63,958 bases of DNA, filler included, from Octopus bimaculoides (GCF_001194135.2; 3 parts of 3 records of this genome joined end to end with filler, not necessarily neighbours in it), one strand, 5' to 3'; counted from the first letter of the whole stretch, positions 13,354 to 26,301 are shown. Notes: a model not told the origin generated them from the sequence alone. Numbers and translations are program-made.

Positions 13354-13392
<39 letters not shown>

Positions 13393-13694
13393 GATAGTTA
13401 AGAGTGCAAGTACTTTAGATAACAAGGCAAGGCTCGCTTAACAGGTTACTAGGTTTCGATTCCAGATTAAGGATATTTCAGTTCCCATGCACTATTTCCT
13501 GGAAAGGGCTTGAATGTCATGATTTCCCTATTTCCTTCTTACTTTGAATGTATCCCCATAAAACCAAAAGTCAAGAAAGCAATATTTACAAGTTTTTAGA
13601 GAACCAAAGACGATCAACGTAAAAGTGTATTAAAATTTCTTTTTAAGAGAACGATAACAGCGCAGAAATAATTTTAGTACAGGAGTCACTATAC

Positions 13695-13806
13695 CTTTCG
13701 AGTGTAATTTCCTAGTAAATACAGTGTTTATGGCATTAGAGAGAGGAAATTTCTTGAGAAAGGGATGAAACCGTTGCAAAACACCGTTAGCGGCAGCAGA
13801 AGCCAT
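13695..13806 (-). CDS. ATPAF2: ATP synthase mitochondrial F1 assembly factor 2, coding exon 1 (probable mitochondrial transit peptide)
   Basis: Minus strand ATG at 13806 gives MASAAANGVLQRFHPFLKKFPLSNAINTVFTRKLHSK+G (112 nt), then donor AG|GTATAG. The peptide is basic, hydroxylated and acid-free like a presequence, and splices in phase 1 into the 10104 exon. Confidence 0.88.
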
Positions 13807-13997
13807 GTTGAAAAAAAGAATAAGCAAGTTGGTTTGTAAAGTATCATTTAATTGGTTAATCAGGCCGGAAGTAGGCGTAGTAACCAATTGATGTTGGCGT
13901 TACATAGCAGGCGTAAAAATCTTCTAAGTGGAAGACGTTCATTCTTCCGTGTTTATGGTGTAAGTAAACAAACCTAGCAAAGTGCTTCTAAAAAAAA
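13807..13997. promoter_or_regulatory. Bidirectional promoter and 5'UTRs shared by ATPAF2 and GID4
   Basis: 191 bp between divergent ATGs. ETS/GABP consensus CCGGAAGT at 13865-13872, CCAAT on the minus strand (ATTGG 13851-13855) and on the plus strand (13884-13888). Locally CpG-rich against CpG-poor flanks. Confidence 0.75.
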
Positions 13998-14141
13998 ATG
14001 CCGCAAAATATCATAGACCCTCCACCGCCCGAAAACCATCATCTTGCTGGAATGCCCACAAATCTTTTATACAACGGCTCTCGATTCAACGGACATCAAA
14101 AAAGCAAAGGCAATTCATACGATGTTGAAGTGGTTTTACAG
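13998..14141 (+). CDS. GID4: GID complex subunit 4 (VID24 homolog, Pro/N-recognin of the GID/CTLH E3 ligase), coding exon 1
   Basis: ATG at 13998 gives [48 protein letters not shown] (48 codons), then donor AG|[23 protein letters not shown] is identical to human GID4 as I recall it. I could not find exon 2 in the window. Confidence 0.95.
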
Positions 14142-14397
14142 GTGAGAACGATAAGTTACTGACTAAATCTATCTTATTCTGCCGAACAATCTGGTTTGTT
14201 TTAGCATAAACCTTTTGCCTGTTTCCTCCTATATCATAGCAATCGCATTATTACAGCATCTGCAGTTTACGTTCACCACTGCATCATTTGCTCTCCGATG
14301 TAATTTGAAATGATAAATTCTATGTAAATGTCAGCTGTCTCTAACATCATCGTTTTTCTTTCTCTCTTTCTCTCTCCGCACACACATACATACACAC

Positions 14398-14436
<39 letters not shown>

Positions 14437-16458
14437 CATACTTTTGTGTTTTTGAATTTGTTCTCGATTATTCTTGTTTTCAATGTTTTTGGTCATCTTA
14501 TTGAATTAGAAATATGTACTGTGTGTGTGTATGTATATATATATATATATACACACGCAGACACATATATATANNNNNNNNNNNNNNNNNNNNNNNNNNN
14601 NNNNNNNNNNNNNNNNNNNNNNNNNNNNNNNNNNNNNNNNNNNNNNNNNNNNNNNNNNNNNNNNNNNNNTATATATATATATATATATATATATATGCAT
14701 GTATATGTGTGTACGTAGTCACAGTCTGAGTAATGTGAATTTGAAAATACAGGATCAGTAATCGCGAAATGTCTGTTTCCTTTCCTTGTTGCTTTTATGA
14801 ATAAATTTGCTTTGGATTGTTATCAACACTGTCTCAGATGATGTTCACGAGTTGTAATGATAATTATCCTAAGTGTGTCCTGTGATACGATCGTCCTTCA
14901 TGTCACAGTATCTCATATCAATGTGATGTCTGTCCATTGAAAAAAGGCATTAATAGACATCAGCATGTGTATCTCTCTCTCTCTATATATATATATATAT
15001 TTAAACATTCTCATATATATATATATTAGAATGTTTAAAGCTGTCATTTGCTCAATGTTTTTTAAAACACCGTTGATGGATTGGTTCTGTTTAATAAATG
15101 CACAACTGTACCAGTTATGTAGCTGGAGGTGAAGACTGTAGATTAGAAAATGTTAATCTCACGGAAAACCGTTTTCAAAACTTGGCTTCGACTCCCTTCT
15201 ATAGGAGCTGTATCACTTCACGATTTTATTATTATTAGTTTAAATAATGCGACTATGCCTCATGGAAAGATTCATGTTTATCACATTTACATGAGATAAA
15301 TTAGTTTTATCATGTGTATGGAAATCTAGAACATACCTCGTATTTATAAATCTTTCGTTCGTCTTTTACCTGTAGCACTCTACCTGCTGATAGTTGCTTG
15401 TTTAGCCTATCAAATTTCTAGACTAGAACTTTGTAATAAGCAGATATTTTTCTCTCTTCTGAGAGAGTTTTTGTTTGTTTGTTTTTTAACCTTTTTTAAA
15501 AAATGATTTCGCGGGTAATTAAGTGTGAGCCGGTTTCGTTTATAACTTGCACTTTGAACAAAGTGGGGGTAGGAGTCACGACGCGATCGCTCGACTTGCT
15601 AGAAATTGCAACCAAATTTTCCTGAAAATCACACCGTACTATTCTAAATAGAATTGACACATTGGAATGTGTGATCCAGGGTTAACACTTGAAAAAATAA
15701 TTATTATTATGGGATTGTTACCGCTTAAAGACTTATCAACAAAGGTCACCTGATTTGGGCCTGACCTGAATCAGGACAATAATTCTTACATAAACTGAGT
15801 TGGTCTCTCTCTCTCTCTCTCTCTCTCCCTCTTTCTCTCTCCCTCTCTCTCTCTCTCTCAGCAACATACTGGGTGTACTTTTCTTGAATATTAAAATTTA
15901 CTTCATCGATCCGATCAGAGTATATTACTTTTTACATTCACAAAATGTTTACACATAATTTTTTGAAACACTTATTAAAAATATAAATTAGAGTAGAATA
16001 CTTCCGGCAAGAGAGAAAATTTTCTCACTGTTTGGTAGATTATTTATTAAGTTTTCCTCGTGTGTGTGTGTGTGTTCATTTAAGCCTTCCATGCTTGCAT
16101 AGATTAGAGCGGGTTTTGTGGAGGCAGATTTCTTCAGCTGAGTGCCCTTCCTGTCATTAACACTCACCTGTTTCCAAGCAAGGTAATATTTTCTCATAGC
16201 TAGACATGTTTTTTTTTGTTTTGTTTTTTCATGGAAGACTGACAACAAACAACCTCGCTTGTATGACGATGATGCTCATTTACAACCATCACGCAATGCC
16301 TAAACAAGGGTACACATAAACACACACATACACGTACGCACAAGTGTGTGCATACATACGTACAGTGGGCTTCTTTCAGTTTCCCTCTACTAAATCCACT
16401 CACGTGGCTTTGGTTGACTTGGAGCTATAGCAGAAGACAAGGTGCCACGCAGTGAGAT

Positions 16459-16676
16459 TTAACCCTTTAGCATTCAGATTACTGTGTCACCTGTAATATT
16501 TATTCACATTGCTTTGAATTAATCTTGCATTATCTTCAAGATTCCAATGATGTGATTATTTAGTTTTAGAATGACATTGTAGATTGAGGTGTGAGAGACC
16601 AGATTCAGTCAGTTTGGACATAAAACAGATAGAATATTTGGGCCAGATTTGGCTGGTTTAAATACTAAAGAGTTAA
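16459..16676. mobile_element. piggyBac-like TTAA MITE (second family) nested in a SINE
   Basis: TTAA-ccctttag...ctaaagag-TTAA, with SINE sequence on both sides. Confidence 0.75.
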
Positions 16677-19600
16677 CCTCTCTTAGATGGTAAACAACTT
16701 CTTAACCACACAGCCTCATCTCCTTCAGTTTGTGTGTCATCAGCATCATTATCATCATATAACGTCCGTTGTCCATGTTGGCATGGGTTGGATGGCTTGA
16801 CCAGAGCTAGCAAGCTGGAGATCCGCACCCTATTTCCATAATAACATGTTTCAGTAGAATATACCAAAAGGAACTACCAAAATTTTTGAGTAGAATTTTA
16901 GTAGGATATTCATTCTCAAGTAAATAAAAAAAGACTTACTGAAAGTGCAATACAGGAGGATTGAACTTGAAAGCACACAGCTACAAAGCAAACTTCTTAA
17001 CAACGCAACCAAAAGTTTCCTATCAGACCACTCCATTTAAAACATTCTTATCCCAGTAGTATAGTCGTGAGGGTGGCACTTTTCGGTTTGCTGTATAAGC
17101 CGTATTGCTCCCAGAATCAGGAGGAAAACGCATGGGCTGCTCTGGGTGGCACACATTCTAACTACTCTGCTATCTCTTCCTTCTGTGCATTGATCACTTT
17201 TCTATCATACAGATAACACCATCCTCACTTTTCTTTAATCTCCTACATTACACTTAAACACTTCAGTGTTTGCACTGCTTTCATGGAAATACTTCAGTAG
17301 GAACAACACAACCAGTTCTCCTTTGACAGTACTTAGACATTTACTACACAAACAAGGAGACAATCTTGCAACACTGCACTCACTCTATTCATGAACAACA
17401 CTTAGCTACAACTAGAAGACTAGCCTTCTTCTTCAAAACAAGAAAAATTATTGTCCTGAAAAGTAGCTAACTTTCTGCAAAGCTCAAATTAAACCCACAA
17501 TGTTGTATTGTTCATATATCTGTGGTGGTGTTGCTATTACAAACATAAACATCCTAGACAACATAGTAATTTATCTAATTGACAGATTCACTTATCACCA
17601 GCATACCACAATCATTTGCTCACAGACCATTGTTTTATCTTCCTGCCTGTTCTACTGCTATTATAATGCCTTATACCAGTGGTTCCCAAACTTTTTCATG
17701 CTGCCACCCCCTTGGCACCCAGACCACATACCTAACGCCCTCCACCAACTCACCACCACAAATATAGACCATTTTCTGCAACAAATTCAAAACAACTGTA
17801 TTCCACAAATAAAACCTAACCTAATTAACCCATTGTTTTTACATTTGTTGCCTCCACTTCAGCACCCTACTGAATCTTTTCACTTCCGCAAGGGGCCACT
17901 ACCACACCACTGCCTTATACTCTACAGAATTAGCTATCTACTTATACCCTACTCCTGCTCCCTCAACACACCTATTTCTCCTCTTCTTATGTCCCTATAG
18001 CCCCTCACTCTCAGACTGCACACTAAATACAGTCATTCCTCTCCAAAATCTCAACCCTGTAGAATTGCCTCTCGGGCAATGTTTTACTACACAAATGTCA
18101 CTTTGCTGATGTTTCAACCAAATACTCTCTGAGTGAAAGAACTTAGCTATGAATGTATGCTAGATGCTGCATTTCCACTTCAAAAGAACTAATATAAAAA
18201 CACTAAAGAATAATTCACTCTGTAAAATAGTCAACTCTGTAAAGTTGTTGGTGTTAGGAAGGGCACCCAACCATAGAAACCATGCCAAAGTAAACAGTGG
18301 ATCTTAGTGCAGTCCTTTAGTTTATCAGCTCCTTATCCATCCAACCCATGCCAGCATGGAAGACGGATGTTAAATGATGATGATGACAAATAATTATCTT
18401 CACCATCAACGTTGCCTTTCATCCTTTTGGGGGTCGATAAATTAAGTACCAGATGCATACTTGGGTTGATCTAATCAACTGACACCCTCCCCCAAAAAAA
18501 TTCAGGCTTTGTGCCTAGAGTAGAAAAGAATTATCATTACCGTTTAATATCCATGTTCCATGCTGGTATGAGTTGAACCATTTGACAGGATCAGATGAGG
18601 GTCCAAGGACTACCTCATACTCTAGTGTCAGTATTGGCATGATTTCTACACCTGGATACCCTTCCTAATGCCAATCACTTTACAGTGTGTATTGGATGCG
18701 TTTGTGTGTGTGTGTGTGTGTCACTGGCACTAATGAGGTCACCATGCAGCTCACAAATCTGCAAAACCCAAAGAAGAAGGAGGAATGTCTTTATGCTAGA
18801 TGGGAGTTAAGATGTGAGAGAAGGAAGTGGAATAGAGGAGCTACATGGAGAAGAAAGTGTTGTAGCGGCGCTACATGGCTGCTCACATTTAGGGGAGAAG
18901 TGAGAATGAATCAGTAGTAGCTGCAAAGAGGTAAATAGTAGTGTAGTGTTGAGATGTCTAGGTGCTACCTCAAGGGATGATGTGAGTGGTGACAGAGAAG
19001 CTAAGAGTGCAAATGTGTAGGGCTTACAAGAGTAAATGATGGGAGTAAGAGATAGGAAAAATGGGAGAGGAAAAGTAGGCAACATCTGTAAAGATTGGGT
19101 TGGGCTGAAGAGTGGCTGGACAGAAAGATAGATATGGGGAAGGGAGATGGCCAGTGATGCAGGAGTTGGAGAAGATACAGGAATGCAAACAACAGGATAG
19201 TAATGATGGTACAGTTGGCAGGAGATGGAGACGAAATGACATGTTTAGGTTGGCTACAGGAGAGAGGGAGAAAAACAGAGAGGCATAGTGCATAAGGAGA
19301 GATAATTTGGTGGTCCAGTGGTGGGAGAGGGGATGATACAAAGTTGTGTTAGGTGCTATGTTAATATAATGAACTTGTATACAGTATTCAGGTGCTCGAC
19401 AACTCATCAGAAAAAGTAACCAAAATTGTATGGGAAATGAACTGTGAATGAGTCTTTAAAAAAAAAAACACGGGGCAAGGAGCATCAGATGTTGGTGAAT
19501 TTCAGGAAGCAGGAAAGTTTTGAAGAATGTAGTGTCTCAACAGCTAACAACTGATGCAGGTAGTTTATTCCATACTTCAGTAATTCTGAGTTCAAAATTT

Positions 19601-20898
19601 GCCATGGTCAACTTTACCTTTCATCCTTTCAGGGTTGATAAATTAAATACCAAACAAGTACTGGTGTCGATGAAATCAACTAACCCCCTCCCCCAAAATT
19701 TCAGGCCTTGTGCCTATGGTAGAAATGAATATTAGATATGGCCATAAAGCTTGGCAGATCTATAGTCTTATCCCTCATGCTAGGTGCAAATAAATAGTAG
19801 ATAGAATAATGCTTGTTGTGGTGTGTAAGTTCAGTACAGTTTAGAAATCTATTGTGCATCAAAGATAGGCTCATGTAAGAGAAACAATTAAAATGGTATG
19901 GACACCCATCCTAGCATGGAAATGGACATTAAATGATAAGAGGAGAAATATTTGAGGAAACAGCAATGTGAATTAATAATGAAAAGTAACCAGAGTGAGA
20001 GTAGATCAAAGCAGATTTTTAATGACACATAAACCCACATATGTCTATTGTATAGGATTTTGAGAAAATGCTCAATAACTCAACTTACTATTATGTTTTT
20101 TATCATAGCTTTATATTAACAAACAACAGCAGTCTTTTGTGAAGCACATTCCTAAAATAGTTTCTCAACTAATTCTGTTTTATCAATACTTGTTATGTAG
20201 CCAATGTAGAATAATATTTTACTTATAAACTTTGTTAATAGGATCCTTTATATAATAGCAGTGCGTTGGGTGAATGAGTTAGTCAGACAAAATACCTTGT
20301 GGTGTTTAATTACATACCTCTACATGAAGGTTGAGTTTTACCTTTCATTCTTTGTGAAATAATAAAGTACCAGTAAAATACCATCTTTTATCTTTTACTT
20401 CTTTTGGTCATTAGACTGTGGCCATGCTGGGGCACCACCTTGAAGAATTTTTAGTTGGATGAATTGCTCTCAGTACTTTTTTTTTTTTGTCAGCCTGGTA
20501 TTTATTCTATTGCTCTCTTTTGTTGAACTGCTAAGTTACAGGGACATAAACACACCAACACCAGTTGTCAGGTTGTGGTGGGAGGCAAACACAGACACAA
20601 AGACACTCATAGATATATATTTATATAACAGACTTCTTTCAGTTTCCATTTTCCAGATCCACTCACAAGGTTTTAGTCAGCCCAAGGCTATAGCAGAAGA
20701 CACTTGCCCAAGGTACCATGCAGTAGTACTAAACCCAGAACCTTGTGGTTAGGAAGCAAGCTTCTTACCACACAGCCATGCCTGCTCAGGATAATCAACC
20801 GTTTTCCTTCTATCAAAAATGTGTCACCTTTTGCCTAAATGAGAAAACAGTATTATTGTTCTCAATGAGTATAGTTCTGAAGAGATTCCTTACCACCT

Positions 20899-21129
20899 TT
20901 AACCCATTTGATACCAACCTGGCTGAAACCGCATCTGGCTCTGTAGTACAAATGTCTTGTCTTCATAAGTTCTGAATTAAAATTTTCCACCAAACCATAG
21001 TCACAATTTATGTTCCTAACACTAGCTTAATGATAACTAAGTTATTTTTACTAAATACTTTGTTGCATTTAAAATTAATTAAAAGAAACACAGAGCATCT
21101 CAAAATAAATACGGTAACAAAAGGGTTCA
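20899..21129. mobile_element. TTAA MITE (third family); related copy at 24004-24236
   Basis: TTAA-cccatttg...caaaaggg-ttca. Body gaaactgcc...ggtt(c/t)tgt...aattattttactaaa is shared with 24004-24236. Confidence 0.65.
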
Positions 21130-22294
21130 GGGGCATTTAAGAGCCATAAAGTGGATGGCGAACAATACATTTATTTTAAATTTCATTGTGTTTGTATGAT
21201 TATGAAGCTTGCTTCCCAGCCATATTGTTTTAGGTTCAGTCCCACTACAGGGTAGTTTGGCATAGTGTCTTCCACTATAGCCCCCCCCCCCCAGGTCAAC
21301 CAAAGCCTTATGAGTGGATTTTGTAGAGAGAAAACGAAAGAAACGCATTGTGTGTGTGTGTGTGTTCTTTTTGAGTTTGCCCTTCACTATTGTTTGACAC
21401 CTGGTGTTAGTTAGTTTAGGTCCCTATAACTTAACAGTTTACCCAAAGCAATCAATAGAATAAGTACCAGATTTAAGAATAAGATTTGTTCGACTAAAGT
21501 TCTTCAGGGTGGTACCCCAGCATGGGCAGAGTCCATTTACTGAAACATGTAGAAGATAGAAGAGTAAAAGTTGGTTGTTAGTATGTGTCCAAATGTTTTA
21601 GGTAGAAATTCAGTAAGAAAGGTTGAATAAGACTTTGCCTGAAATTATATAAAAATTAATATATTGTGTAAAATTGTCAATTTATTGATCCAAGCAACTT
21701 ATGTACGTCTTTACTCTCAAAATACAGAGAGAAAAATCAATCAATAAGAAAAATGTTTTCAGATTATGTGTCTGTGTATGAGAAAAAAAAATCAGATATT
21801 GAGTGGAGCAATATGTCAATAAATACCTAAAGGTTGAACTCAGAACGAGATGGTTGGGTGCAACATTTTGGATGCTGAGGATTTAACACGGCTGACTGGA
21901 AATTCAGTCCGATTTAGCCACAGTACTTTTTGAGTACACACACACACATATATACACATATGCAGCAATATACACCTACAGATAGAAAGAGCGAGAGAGA
22001 GGCATTACAATTTATTGACATGATTGATATAGACACTTTCTCGCTTCTCATACATATAGATAAATATACTCACACACATAACTTTTTTTTTTTTTTATCC
22101 TTTAGCTCCAGCAAAGCTATTCCAGACATACCTAGGACTGTGGAGTTTGTATGCAAAATTATTGACTCTGACTCCTCAGTTTTTGTTACCTCTGGTTCTG
22201 ACTCCTCAACTTGTAATTAGAATAATTGTACATTCTTTATGTTGATTAATAGTATACAACTTACATGACCAAAGTAGGTTACTTTTTATCACTA

Positions 22295-22592
22295 TTAACC
22301 CATTACCTCCCATAATTCTATTAACTGGAATTTTTTTATGAAACTTTGATTTCTAGCATAAAACAGCCTTAGAAACACGCTGGAATGATCAAAATAACAT
22401 TTCAAAATAACATTTTAAATAGAAATAAGCGAGACATTGGGTGAAAAATTAGCAAACCTCATTTGAATATCAGAGAAATATACCTGGTAGATATAGCAAA
22501 AAGGTTAGATATGTGTAAATATTGACAGATAATTACGAAATTTGTAATTTTTAAGTGATCTCATATGAGATCACTGGTGCGTAATGGGTTAA
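22295..22592. mobile_element. piggyBac-like TTAA MITE, copy 1
   Basis: TTAA-cccattacc...gtaatggg-TTAA. Nearly identical to 27499-27798. Confidence 0.85.
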
Positions 22593-22655
22593 AGTTTACA
22601 TTTAAAGGTTATAGCTGTGATGTTATATTATCTATCAAAGAACTTTCACTTGATA

Positions 22656-23195
22656 ATAACCCTTCGGCATTTAAACTGGCCCAAATATTCTACCTGTTTT
22701 ATGTTCAAACTGGCCAGATCTGACACCTTGCACCTACCCTACAATGTCGTTCTAAAAATAAACAATCATACCATTAAAATTTCAAAGCTATGAGATGATG
22801 CACAATTAATTCAATACAATGTGAATAAATAAACATTACATTTGATGCATGGTTTAGTGGTTAGGGCATTCAGCTCATGATCGTAAGGTCATGAGTTCAA
22901 TTCCCAGCGACACGTTGTGTCCTTGAGCAAGACACTTTATTTCACGGTTTCTCCAGTCCACTCAGCTGACAAAAATGAGTAGTACCTGTATTTCAAAGGG
23001 TCAGCCTTGTCACGCTGAATCTCCCTGAGAACTAAGTTAAGGGCACACATGTTCATGGAGTGCTCAGTCACCTACATGTTAATTTCACGAGCAAGCTGTC
23101 CCATTGATCGTATCAGCTGGGACCCTCGTCATCGTAACCGACAGAGTGCTCCTACTCCTACATTTGGCAGAGTAATCTGAATGTTAAAGGGTTAA
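22656..23195. mobile_element. TTAA MITE carrying an internal tRNA-derived SINE (about 22846-23150)
   Basis: Ends ataa-cccttcgg and ttaaaggg-TTAA. Internal SINE head reads tggtttagtggttagggcattc...gagttcaattccc. Confidence 0.7.
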
Positions 23196-25519
23196 ACATA
23201 AACACAATGGGGGTTAATCTCACTTTGCAACCACGTAGTTTTGGGTTCAGTCCCATTGTGCAGCACCATGGGCAAGTTTGTCATTGTCCCCACCACCACT
23301 TGACAACCATTGTTGGTTTGTTTACATCTCCATAACTTAGTGGTTCAGCAAAATGAATTAATAGGATAAGCACCAGACTTTAATAAAAAATAAGTACTTG
23401 GGTCAATTTGTTTGACCGAACCCTTCAAGGAAGTGCTCCAGCATGGTCACAGTCCAATAACTGAATCAAGAAAAAGATAAAAGATAAAGAGACACTACAT
23501 CTATTGAAGAGGGATTAAATAAAAAAATCCATATCCAAAGTTTACTAATCTTAAAACCAGAATTGCTTCTACTAGGCCCTCTTTCATTGGAGCCATTAAA
23601 TCTAATTTGAATATTTTCAAATTAGTAATTTTGAAATTAATCAAATTAGTACCTGTGAAATTGAAAGTTTTAGTGCGTTATATTACATTTTACATTTCTT
23701 CCCAACTGCATGGTTTCAGGTTCAGTCCCACCGCGTGGCACCTTGGGCAAGTGTCTTTTGCTATAGCCCCGAGCCGACCGAAGCTTTGTGATTGAATTTG
23801 GTAGGCAGAAGTTTACTGCCGTGTGTGTATATGTCTGTGTATGTGCTTGTGCCTCTCTCCCATAGAGAGAGAGAGAGAGAGAGAAAAAGATTTCAATTTA
23901 TCATGCAATACTCAGTTTAATTATCAATCTTTATGTCAACCCCTGATATTTTTCGTTATGGAATCGATGAAGCAAAGCTTCATACTTTTACAAGTACAAT
24001 GCATTAACCCTTTTGTTATTAAACCCCGTGAGACTGCCCTTGGTTTTGTTATGCAAACTCTCTGTTTTAAAATGATTTAAATTTTAAAAATCTTCCATCA
24101 AAATTTCATGGAAATTTATGTTTCAAACATCAGATTAATAATGACAGAATTATTTTACTAAATTCTTAATTATTTTCAAAATTAATTAAAAGAAAGGCAG
24201 TGTATGTCTACAGAAATATGATAATGAAATAGTTAAATATATTGGTTTCAAATTTTGAAACAAGGCCAGCAGTTTGGGGGAATGGGTTAAGTTGACTAAA
24301 TTGACCCCAGTGCTCTACTGCTAGTTATTTTATTGACCCCTAAAGGATGAAAGCAAAGTCAACACCAACAGAATTTGAACTCGGAGCATAATGACAGATA
24401 AAATGCTACTGAACACTTTGTTCAGCATGCTAACAATTCAGCCAGCTCACCACCTTAAAAGGGTTTAAATATTTTAACCCCTAACTTAACTATTTTATAT
24501 TCTTCTTTGAAAAGTTAAACACATACCCTTTTCTTGACATCTATTCTTTCTTTTTCTTTTATTCTTTTGCTTATTCTTTGTAAGCCTGGTACTTCTTCTA
24601 TTGGTCTCTTTGTTAAACCACTAAGTTACAAGGACATAAACACACCAACATCGGTTGTCAAGTGATGGTGGAGGGGAAACACAGACACACAAACACACAC
24701 ACACACATATATACGATGGGCTTCTTTCAGTTTCCATCTACCAAATCCACACACAAGGCTTTGGTCAGCCCGAGGCTATAGTAGAAGACACTTGCCCAAG
24801 GTGCCACACAGTGGGACTGAACCTGGCACCATGTGGTTGGAAAGCACACTTCTTACCGTACAGCTGTGTCTGCGTTTGCAGTTCTATATGAACTTTTGGA
24901 GAAGAATGCTTTCAAGAATAGTTCATAAAATACTGGTTTCACATTTTGGCACAAGGCCAGCAATTTCAAGGAAGGAAGAAGTTGATTACATTGACCCCAG
25001 TGTTCAACTGGTACTTATTTTATTAACCCCCAACAGGAGAAAAGGCAAAATCGACCTCGACTGAATTTGAACTCAGATTGTAAAGATGTGTGAAATGCCA
25101 CTAACCATTTTGCCCTGTATACATTGTATTATAGGCACAAGGCCTGAAATTTGGGGGAGGGGGATAATCAATTACATCGACCCCGTAATTTGAACTCAGA
25201 ATGTAGCAGCAGATGAAATACCAATAAGCATTTCACCCAGCATGCTAACGACTCTGCCAGCTCCCCACCTTTTGCTCAGTATACTTACGATTCTGCCAGA
25301 TTGAAGCCTTAGTTTGTAGAAATATTAAGTTTAATTCAATATGAACTGGTCATCATCATCACCATTTTGATATTCACTTTTCCATGCTTGCACCGGTCAG
25401 ATTTTCTAAAGCAGGATACTCTTCCTGTTGCTAATCCTCACCTGTTTCTGAACATGGTCATATGTCCTTTAATTCTTCAAATATGACTACCTCAATGACC
25501 AGACATCTTTACATCTTTA

Positions 25520-25992
25520 CTGAAATCGAAATCGAACTAAATTCGACGACTGGCACCCATGCCAACGTCGTCTCCTTCATTGGACACAAAACTCAGCTTG
25601 CGAAGACTTATTGGGGCAAGCGAAAGCGAAATCGGGATAGCACCTGTGCCCAGCGTTGCCTTTCTGGCACTTGTGCCCGTGACATGTGTAAGGATTTTCG
25701 TGCGAGATCATTGCCAGTGCCCCTGGAGTGGCTCTTGTGTGGGTGGCACATAAAATACACCATTTTGAGCGTGGCCATTGCCAGTACCGCCTGACTGGCC
25801 TTCGTGCCGGTGGCACGTAAAAGCACCCACTACACTCTCTGAGTGGCTGGCGTTAGGAAGGGCATCCAGCTGTAGAAACTCTGCCAGATCAGATTGGAGC
25901 CTGGTGTAGCCATCTGATTTCACCAGTCCTCAGTCAAATCGTCCAACCCATGCTAGCATGGAAAGCGGACGTTAAACGATGATGATGATGAT
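25520..25992 (+). mobile_element. RTE-3'UTR-related short element with (GAAATC)n start and (GAT)n tail
   Basis: The 3' end gcatggaaagcggacgttaaacgatgatgatg is shared with the RTE tail at 7700-7741. CpGs are largely intact, which suggests a young copy. Confidence 0.8.
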
Positions 25993-26072
25993 TGATACGA
26001 TTAACTGAACAGCCTGCTTGTGAAATTAATGTGCGAGTGGCGGATCACTGCACTCTTCAGACATGCACATCC

Positions 26073-26301
26073 TTAACCCTTTAGCATTTAAACCAGCCAT
26101 ATCCAGCCAAAAGTATTCTGGCTGTTCTATGTTCAAACTGGCCGGATCTGGTCTCTCACACCAACCCTACAATATCATTTTAAAAATTAACAGCTACCTC
26201 ATCAAAAGCTTATAGCTACAAGATAATGCATGATTAGTTCAAAACAATGTGGGTAAAAAAGCATTAATTATGGCAGAATAATGTGAACACTAAAGGGTTA
26301 A
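26073..26301. mobile_element. piggyBac-like TTAA MITE (second family) nested in a SINE
   Basis: TTAA-ccctttag...ctaaaggg-TTAA. The interrupted SINE (...catcc TTAA | tgtagtcctcagggagattc...) resumes after the TSD. Confidence 0.82.

Noticed and set aside
13630-13887. Treating the full 85-aa track ORF as the ATPAF2 N-terminus
   Set aside because: It begins at a non-ATG codon and reads past the 13695 donor. Only 13806-13695 is supported.
17510-17560. SYICGGVAIT resembling GID4 exon 2 (SYLCGYLKI)
   Set aside because: No acceptor, similarity limited to 4 residues, and it lies in decayed repeat-like sequence.
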